A DNA stretch of 30,476 bases from a virus (lineage: Duplodnaviria; Caudoviricetes): the IMG/VR virus record IMGVR_UViG_3300005837_000721, positions 1-30,476 of that record; one strand, 5' to 3'. Made by a program: the position numbers and the translations under genes. Positions 25,142-30,476 of this stretch are shown in pieces; position 1 is the first letter of the stretch, and every line of letters starts with the position of its first letter. The notes below the pieces were generated by a model. It saw only the letters and a program-made list of their open reading frames with translations. It ran no database searches and was not told the origin of the DNA.

Positions 25142-26058
25142 ACTGAAATTAGTGGTTTAAATTCTTCTTTGATTGGTTTCTCCAGAATTGGCTCTCCGTT
25201 AATCTCAAAACCTACATTCCCAACCATACTGCGAAAACGTATCGGCTCATCTATTGATGTGGGTTTACCTCCTGTTTCAATCTCTTTAATTTTTCTAACG
25301 TGAATATGGCTCTGCATCCAATCCGCAGGGTGTTGTATGTAGCGATGTATCACAATAAAATCGTCTGCTCTGTTAACGAATTTACCACCGCCCTCAACAT
25401 CTGATGCCATTGGTGGTATAGGGTGTCCTGCATACTCGTGTCCAATTACGTGTTTCTGTCTTAACGCATTGGTATTTGCGTGGGTATTTAACCACGTTGT
25501 AACTCCATATGTTTTGCTAAAAACTCTCATCTCTGTTGTTGCTTGGTAATCATATTCGTGACCTCCCAAACTCTTCATTAGTTCGTTGTCCTTAATTAAA
25601 CTATTGTACGGATCAATAAGCAATCCGTGATAATTCCACGCTTTTTTGTATGCCGTTGCCAACTCAATAATCTGTCTGTATGTGTATAATTGCCCATTGT
25701 CAATAATTTTAAAATACTCGTTAATAAAATCTAAATGTTTATTAAAAACCTCCTCACTTATTTTGGTTATTGGTTTCTGCTCCAGAAACTCAACTAACTT
25801 TCGCAATATACTATGTGGCTCATTCTCGCTACTAAAAATTAGCCACCTCTTTTTAAGCCGTTTAGCAAACACTAACATAAGGTAAAGAATAACTGTCGTC
25901 TTGCCTACATTTGCGTGTCCTAAAATCACATTAAAGTTACCCTCTTTAAATCTTATAAACTCATCTATTGCAGGAAACCCAATTTTTTCGCCCTCCTTAA
26001 TCTCTCCTGTTCGTATCTTATTTAGTTTGTCTTTTACGTTATTGAAATCTATTAACAT
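25138..26058 (-). CDS. DnaB-like (SF4) replicative helicase, ATPase domain only
   Basis: Walker A GHANVGKT, FSSE, Walker B LLIDP, and RADD motifs. Confidence 0.85.
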   Translation of the reverse strand: MLIDFNNVKDKLNKIRTGEIKEGEKIGFPAIDEFIRFKEGNFNVILGHANVGKTTVILYLMLVFAKRLKKRWLIFSSENEPHSILRKLVEFLEQKPITKISEEVFNKHLDFINEYFKIIDNGQLYTYRQIIELATAYKKAWNYHGLLIDPYNSLIKDNELMKSLGGHEYDYQATTEMRVFSKTYGVTTWLNTHANTNALRQKHVIGHEYAGHPIPPMASDVEGGGKFVNRADDFIVIHRYIQHPADWMQSHIHVRKIKEIETGGKPTSIDEPIRFRSMVGNVGFEINGEPILEKPIKEEFKPLISV

Positions 26059-26075
26059 TTTTTATTAGTTTTTTA

Positions 26076-26106
26076 TAAAATTATTAAATTTTTTTGAATA
26101 TACAAA
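26076..26106 (-). promoter_or_regulatory. Probable promoter for helicase-sigma operon
   Basis: TTTG-N19-TAATTTTA. Confidence 0.55.
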
Positions 26107-26114
26107 TTTAAAGC

Positions 26115-26140
26115 AAAAAAAAGAGAGCCGTTAAGCTCTC
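26115..26140 (-). terminator. Rho-independent terminator
   Basis: GAGAGC-TTAACG-GCTCTC followed by T8. Confidence 0.8.
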
Positions 26141-26156
26141 CTCTTCTTAAATTAAA

Positions 26157-26441
26157 TTAAAAAGGCAGGTCTGCCTCCTCTTCTCGACCTTTCAAATGAT
26201 CCTCAACTGCGACATCATTTTTAGGTGTTGGTTTAAAAGTTGAAAGTGATGCATAAAGTTTTCCTGCTTTACTCTCACAAATCTGTATTTTACCATATCC
26301 TTTGTTAGCCTCAAAAACATCTTTGTACTCAACTAACATTTTTGCAAATTCGTCAACCTTAAATGCTAACTCCATTTTTACCCAATCAACGTTGCCGTCA
26401 TTTATAAACATTCCTTTTACTAATTCACTACTTTTACTCAT
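26157..26441 (-). CDS. Putative single-stranded DNA-binding protein
   Basis: 94 aa with acidic tail EEEADLPF; follows the SSAP-like gene. Confidence 0.6.
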   Translation of the reverse strand: MSKSSELVKGMFINDGNVDWVKMELAFKVDEFAKMLVEYKDVFEANKGYGKIQICESKAGKLYASLSTFKPTPKNDVAVEDHLKGREEEADLPF

Positions 26442-26470
26442 TTTTATGTTATTTATTATATTAATTTATG

Positions 26471-26908
26471 TTATTTATTTATTTTCTGAATAGTCGGTTT
26501 ACTGCCGTAAGTTTGACCTTTTGTGGGTTTCTGGAAACTCTCACTCTCGTCCTCTCCAAAAACTCCCAACTCATAAAAGCCTGTCAATTTAAGCACCGCT
26601 CGGCTCATTGCTCTTTTTTCAGCCATTTCTGCAACATACCACGAATTGGTATTGCCGTCCTTATATCCCTCGCCTTTCAATGCTGATCCAAAGGTTTGTA
26701 TAGTTTTATCTCCTTTGGTTGCGATTGCTTTAAATACTGCGAAACTTGGCTCGCATCTTATTACCTCATAATCTACACTCATCTGCTCAATAGCTTGTAT
26801 TTTATCAATACCTTGTCGTGTAATGATCGTGTAGTGTTGATGTTTAAAAAAGTCCTCCTTTTCTAACTCATATTTTCTGTATAAATCTACTAACTTGTTT
26901 TTATTCAT
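26471..26908 (-). CDS. Putative single-strand annealing protein (Sak/Rad52/RecT-like)
   Basis: MAEKRAMSRAVLK helix motif; SSB neighbour. Confidence 0.55.
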   Translation of the reverse strand: MNKNKLVDLYRKYELEKEDFFKHQHYTIITRQGIDKIQAIEQMSVDYEVIRCEPSFAVFKAIATKGDKTIQTFGSALKGEGYKDGNTNSWYVAEMAEKRAMSRAVLKLTGFYELGVFGEDESESFQKPTKGQTYGSKPTIQKINK

Positions 26909-26912
26909 TTTA

Positions 26913-27053
26913 TTAATTGTTAAATGTTACTTCTTTTGCTACTTCTAATTGTGCAGATAAAAACTCAATTTTATCATTTAGTTTCTGGATCTCTCTGCTC
27001 ATCGCTTCAATCCTCGCATCTTTTAATCTTATTAAATCCTCTGTATGTGTCAT
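26913..27053 (-). CDS. Small coiled-coil protein (46 aa)
   Basis: Hand-translated MTHTEDLIRLKDARIEAMSREIQKL...NN*. Confidence 0.6.
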   Translation of the reverse strand: MTHTEDLIRLKDARIEAMSREIQKLNDKIEFLSAQLEVAKEVTFNN

Positions 27054-27058
27054 AACTA

Positions 27059-27292
27059 TTAAATTGTTTCTGTATCTATTGCCTCCAATGTAAAGATCCC
27101 ATTATCTCCGCTAAACTCAATAGTGTCAGCTTCAATTCTAATTGATCCACCCTCGTGCATCTCAATGTCCCAAAAAATCTCTGTGTGTTTTTGTTCTATC
27201 CAATTCCAAAGTTTGTCTTCTAATTCTGATTGGTTTAAATCGATTGAAACAAGTATATTTTGTCTCCCTGTTGTTGATTGAAATAGTGTCAT
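27059..27292 (-). CDS. Acidic hypothetical protein (77 aa)
   Basis: ORF track; promoter and leader upstream. Confidence 0.7.
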   Translation of the reverse strand: MTLFQSTTGRQNILVSIDLNQSELEDKLWNWIEQKHTEIFWDIEMHEGGSIRIEADTIEFSGDNGIFTLEAIDTETI

Positions 27293-27321
27293 TTTATTCG
27301 TCTTTTAAATTATTAATACGT

Positions 27322-27352
27322 TAAAGATACTAAAAAAATTTAATAATACAAG
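27322..27352 (-). promoter_or_regulatory. Early promoter
   Basis: CTTG-N19-TATCTTTA. Confidence 0.7.
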
Positions 27353-27371
27353 CAATTTGTAAAAAAAATTC

Positions 27372-27404
27372 AAAAAAAAAGAGGCAACCAAATTGGTTAA
27401 CCTC
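27372..27404 (-). terminator. Rho-independent terminator
   Basis: GAGGTTAACCAA-T-TTGGTTGCCTC followed by T9. Confidence 0.75.
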
Positions 27405-27454
27405 CTTTCCGTAGTTAATAGATAACTTAAAAGACAATCAAATATAGTAAAAAT

Positions 27455-27847
27455 TTATAAGTCTGCAATTTTATTTTTATAATAATCAATTAATGAAATC
27501 AAATCGTTGTTATCGTATTTCACGATCTTGTTGCTTAATATGTTTAACTCCTCTGCTAAACCCTCTCTAATGTTGATGTCTAAATTTCGACCAAATGTGT
27601 ACTGTTCTCCATATCGAAACACATTGCAACCTGCACACTGTACTTGGCAATTATCCTCGTTCCAACGAGTTGAGTAATGTTTTCTGGATTGAAAATGTCC
27701 GCATTGTAGTTTTTTCCAATGATCTTTTTTGCCACAAGTAAAGCACTCCGCTACTCCATTATCGTCTGCATACCTCCTCCGTATGTATTCTGAAAATACC
27801 TTGTCTGCTTTATTGACTAATGTTTTACGGCTTGGTTTTCGTGGCAT
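27455..27847 (-). CDS. ninG: NinG/Rap-like recombination endonuclease (HNH, Zn-binding)
   Basis: FSEYIRRR...CFTCG...CGHF.SR...N...QCAGCN. Confidence 0.85.
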   Translation of the reverse strand: MPRKPSRKTLVNKADKVFSEYIRRRYADDNGVAECFTCGKKDHWKKLQCGHFQSRKHYSTRWNEDNCQVQCAGCNVFRYGEQYTFGRNLDINIREGLAEELNILSNKIVKYDNNDLISLIDYYKNKIADL

Positions 27848-28014
27848 TAAATTGCATTGTCTAACTGCTGAATTATGTGACGTATTTCACTACGTTCAAA
27901 TTTACCAGAAATTTCAGCATTGTATGTTTTAAAAGAAATAAAATACATATCCTTGTCAGCATCGTGTTTGCTTTCTTTTTTTCCTAAATGATTGATAGTG
28001 AGTTTTAAGTTCAT
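27847..28014 (-). CDS. Hypothetical protein (55 aa)
   Basis: Hand-translated MNLKLTINHLGKKESKHDADKDMY...DNAI*; TAATG-coupled to ninG. Confidence 0.65.
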   Translation of the reverse strand: MNLKLTINHLGKKESKHDADKDMYFISFKTYNAEISGKFERSEIRHIIQQLDNAI

Positions 28015-28097
28015 AATTTTATATAGTTATTGCGTATTTATCTCAATATATCTGGTTTTTTCTCTTTATATCGAAAAAAAATTGATATAATAGATGT

Positions 28098-28129
28098 CGA
28101 AGATATATAAAAAATTTTAAAAAGTCAAG
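28098..28129 (-). promoter_or_regulatory. Probable early promoter
   Basis: CTTG-N20-TATCTTCG. Confidence 0.55.
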
Positions 28130-28130
28130 T

Positions 28131-28523
28131 TTATTTTTTAATGGTAATCTTGTCAGCTATTTTTTCTGCGCTCCTACCGACTACATAGCCACCAATACCA
28201 ATCTGTAATAAACCCCAAAACTCGTTTTCCAATTCTGGTATTTTAAGATCAAACAAAGGTGCAACAAACTTCACATAAATAACAATAAAACCAAAAGACA
28301 ACATTAGTATTGGTCTCCACGATCTCTGTAACCAATTACCGCTTGCCTCTGCTACAATGATCTCTGTCTGTAATTTCTGTAACTCTAATTGTTGTTGTTT
28401 TAAAACCTCCAGAACTTTAATTTTAGCATTTGCTCTCTCCTCATCACTTGTAAAAAGATCATCAATGACATCGCCAATTTGTTTAATCACTCCTCCGCTA
28501 AACCAATCAAGTATTTTTTTCAT
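28131..28523 (-). CDS. Holin (3TM GTA-holin-like)
   Basis: EASGNWLQRSWRP, two hydrophobic segments, GGYVVGRSAEK. Confidence 0.8.
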   Translation of the reverse strand: MKKILDWFSGGVIKQIGDVIDDLFTSDEERANAKIKVLEVLKQQQLELQKLQTEIIVAEASGNWLQRSWRPILMLSFGFIVIYVKFVAPLFDLKIPELENEFWGLLQIGIGGYVVGRSAEKIADKITIKK

Positions 28524-28642
28524 TTGCCCTGCCCTCTGTATTTTTGTTTATATTTAGTTTGACCTTTACTCGCATTTTTTGAATGTATACCTTTACGTTT
28601 TTTTTTGACTTTTGGTATAAATGCTGAAACATTTTTTTTCAT
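28520..28642 (-). CDS. Highly basic 40 aa peptide
   Basis: Hand-translated MKKNVSAFIPKVKKKRKGIHSKNASKGQTKYKQKYRGQGK*; ATGA-coupled at both ends. Confidence 0.65.
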   Translation of the reverse strand: MKKNVSAFIPKVKKKRKGIHSKNASKGQTKYKQKYRGQGK

Positions 28643-28782
28643 TGCCACCGATATTGTATTTGTATAATACCTAAATAAATGTTTATCTCTTCATATTCAA
28701 ATTTTGGCTCTGGCTCCATATATCCAATGCCTAATAAAAACGACTTTGGAAATAAAATAATAAAATTTAATTCAAAATTCAT
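28639..28782 (-). CDS. Small hydrophobic beta-rich protein (47 aa)
   Basis: Start reassigned to MNFELNFII, just after the endolysin stop. Confidence 0.6.
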   Translation of the reverse strand: MNFELNFIILFPKSFLLGIGYMEPEPKFEYEEINIYLGIIQIQYRWQ

Positions 28783-28783
28783 A

Positions 28784-29206
28784 TTAAAATTGGTTACTGA
28801 TCCACTCGTATTCTTCTCTCGCATCAAAACTTGGGCAAGCCTTACTGCTGAAATCTCTATGCCCATAAATTTTAGCTTGGGAGTATAATACCTTTAAATA
28901 ACATAAAAGGTCCTCTAATGCCGTTCTTTGTGCCTCATTCCTTGTGTCGTGCCACGCAACATCATCTCCCAAACCTCCTGCATAAGCAATTCCAATACTG
29001 TCGTGGTTTTCTCCCTTAACGTGAGCACCTGTTCTCTCGATTGGTCTACATTCGTGTACTTCTCCTTTTAAATCAATAAAAAAATGGTAGCCGATATCGC
29101 TCCAACCTCTCTCCTCAACGTGCCACTTTCGTAGATCCTCAACTGTAACATCGTGATCCTTTTTTGTAGCCGTACAGTGAACTATTATTTTTGTAATCTT
29201 TCGCAT
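28784..29206 (-). CDS. Endolysin, N-acetylmuramoyl-L-alanine amidase (T7 lysozyme-like)
   Basis: IIVHCTA, GWSDIGYH, GAHV, GHRD and KACPSF zinc-amidase motifs; likely start MRKITK. Confidence 0.93.
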   Translation of the reverse strand: MRKITKIIVHCTATKKDHDVTVEDLRKWHVEERGWSDIGYHFFIDLKGEVHECRPIERTGAHVKGENHDSIGIAYAGGLGDDVAWHDTRNEAQRTALEDLLCYLKVLYSQAKIYGHRDFSSKACPSFDAREEYEWISNQF

Positions 29207-29310
29207 TGACATTTGGTTTTTAAAAGTTCTAATATATTGTTCCACCAAAAGTGCAACTTACATTTTTTGTCTTCTAACCAATTTGCTAAATCTCGTAATC
29301 CCTTAATCAT
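29185..29310 (-). CDS. Small hypothetical protein (41 aa, 3 Cys)
   Basis: Hand-translated MIKGLRDLANWLEDKKCKLHFWWNNILELLKTKCQCERLQK*. Confidence 0.55.
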   Translation of the reverse strand: MIKGLRDLANWLEDKKCKLHFWWNNILELLKTKCQCERLQK

Positions 29311-29360
29311 AACTTCGGTATTTGGCACGTTTTTACTTCCGAACTTGGCAACTTTATTGC

Positions 29361-29510
29361 CTACTTGTCTCTAACTTCTTTCCACTTTTGTATGGTATAT
29401 CCTATCGACACAACAAGTAACAAAATTTTTAACGCATTTTCCACTTCCGTGAAACTTATTGCAAACGCACTTAAATTCAATCCATATATTTTTAAATCAG
29501 TTAAATTCAT
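29361..29510 (-). CDS. Small membrane protein, putative holin (49 aa)
   Basis: Hand-translated MNLTDLKIYGLNLSAFAISFTEVENALKILLLVVSIGYTIQKWKEVRDK*; hydrophobic segments and charged tail. Confidence 0.65.
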   Translation of the reverse strand: MNLTDLKIYGLNLSAFAISFTEVENALKILLLVVSIGYTIQKWKEVRDK

Positions 29511-29806
29511 TATTCACTTTTTTCATTTAGTGTTTCTCCGTAATTTTCTTCTGCGTACACCTTCGCTTCGTCTAATTTAGATTGCCATTCTGCTTTTAAG
29601 TCATCTGTCCAAATTGCTTCACACAAACTATGTAATTCGGTTGGTATATCTTCTAAATTTTGGTCTATTTTATATATTGACCTGTGCGTACTTTGGGCAA
29701 TTATGTTATCGCCATCTTTTACTATCGTCAACTCTTTGGCAGATATATTTTTAAAGTCTCCAGATATTGTAGTACTTACTATTTCAATTGTTTTTTTCAA
29801 AGCCAT
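29510..29806 (-). CDS. Tail fibre-associated protein / chaperone
   Basis: 98 aa directly after the fibre gene; KDG...THR and CEAIWT motifs. Confidence 0.6.
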   Translation of the reverse strand: MALKKTIEIVSTTISGDFKNISAKELTIVKDGDNIIAQSTHRSIYKIDQNLEDIPTELHSLCEAIWTDDLKAEWQSKLDEAKVYAEENYGETLNEKSE

Positions 29807-29816
29807 TTTTTTATAT

Positions 29817-30476
29817 TTAATCGGTTGTTTTATATGTTATGTTTCCTTTTATTTGAAAACTTCCCATTATATGGTTTACCATTACTACTGCGTTCCAAAA
29901 GTTATAATTAGGACTTGAACCATTTTGAGCCATTATATTAAGGGAGTTGGAGTCGTTAGGTGTTGCTGAACTTGCGAAATATTGTAAGTAAAGTTGATTA
30001 TGACTTGTTGTAGAATAATTAGGACTATTCATACCATTTTTATGTGTTATGTTTCCGTTATTGCTCTTTTTTAAATCAGAAATTGTTGTCCAAACCGAAA
30101 AAGGAAAACCTGCCAAACATACAAAACCTGTAGGACTACCTGTGTAAGAAAAAGATGAAAGATATAAATAAAAAACACAATTTACTGTGTCCCCTATTTT
30201 AGTATAATAACCATATTGTTTGTTGTAAGATACTGTGATATTTGATATCGCTGTGTTTGTAATTAAACTTGGTGTCCACGTACCTTCTTCATAGTCATTA
30301 AATTCGTTATCTGCTCCTGTACCTCCTAAAAAAATAGAGTTTGTACCCATAACTAAATCGCCTGTCATTGTATCTCCAGACTTTAACACATTTTCGCTTG
30401 CACTACCAGTCACATCGCCAGTCACATCGCCAGTGAGGTTACCAGTCACGTTACCAGTTACGTCCCCAGTAAGGTC
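29817..30476 (-). CDS. Tail fibre protein C-terminal part (5' truncated at the right edge)
   Basis: Frame open to the edge: DLTGDVTGNVTGNLTGDVTGDVTG, KSGDTMTG, DYEEGTWTP, YTKIG..V and GFPF fibre motifs. Confidence 0.8.
   Translation of the reverse strand, partial: DLTGDVTGNVTGNLTGDVTGDVTGSASENVLKSGDTMTGDLVMGTNSIFLGGTGADNEFNDYEEGTWTPSLITNTAISNITVSYNKQYGYYTKIGDTVNCVFYLYLSSFSYTGSPTGFVCLAGFPFSVWTTISDLKKSNNGNITHKNGMNSPNYSTTSHNQLYLQYFASSATPNDSNSLNIMAQNGSSPNYNFWNAVVMVNHIMGSFQIKGNITYKTTD
30405..30476 (-). repeat. 12-bp coding tandem repeat encoding (D/N)(V/L)TG
   Basis: Six tetrapeptide units, e.g. ccagtcacatcg twice. Confidence 0.85.

Noticed and set aside
30405-30476. Tandem repeats as CRISPR or DGR elements
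   Set aside because: In-frame peptide repeats without spacers; no Cas or reverse transcriptase recognised.
1-30476. Stop-codon reassignment or prophage status
   Set aside because: Long genes read through in the standard code and TAA, TAG and TGA all end genes. No integrase, repressor switch or host genes were recognised.

Overview
Near-complete genome of a tailed dsDNA phage, probably a siphovirus of a Flavobacteriia/Bacteroidota host, judged from TTG-N19/20-TAnnTTTG promoters and A-rich starts lacking Shine-Dalgarno sequences. Every credible gene is on the minus strand. In transcription order (high to low coordinates): tail-fibre C-terminus; lysis module; NinG, SSAP, SSB and DnaB-like helicase; ECF-type sigma factor; nucleases and a DnaA domain IV-like protein; ParB-like protein, TAGT/GREB1-like glycosyltransferase, TerS and TerL; small early cassettes; tail chaperone with a -1 frameshift; tail genes and tape measure; prohead protease, scaffold, major capsid and tail tube; one moron; portal and adaptor; tail-fibre N-terminus. 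The contig appears broken inside one fibre gene. I recognised no integrase, DNA polymerase, primase, tRNA or CRISPR array. Most interesting: (1) a late regulon with motif nAAA-N14-TCGTTATA-N5-ATG that fits the phage ECF sigma; (2) a late-expressed, packaging-linked ParB plus glycosyltransferase module with no TET or methyltransferase partner; (3) palindromic DnaA-box-like operators over early promoters alongside a stand-alone DnaA domain IV protein. Product calls come from motif recognition and gene context only; no database searches were run.
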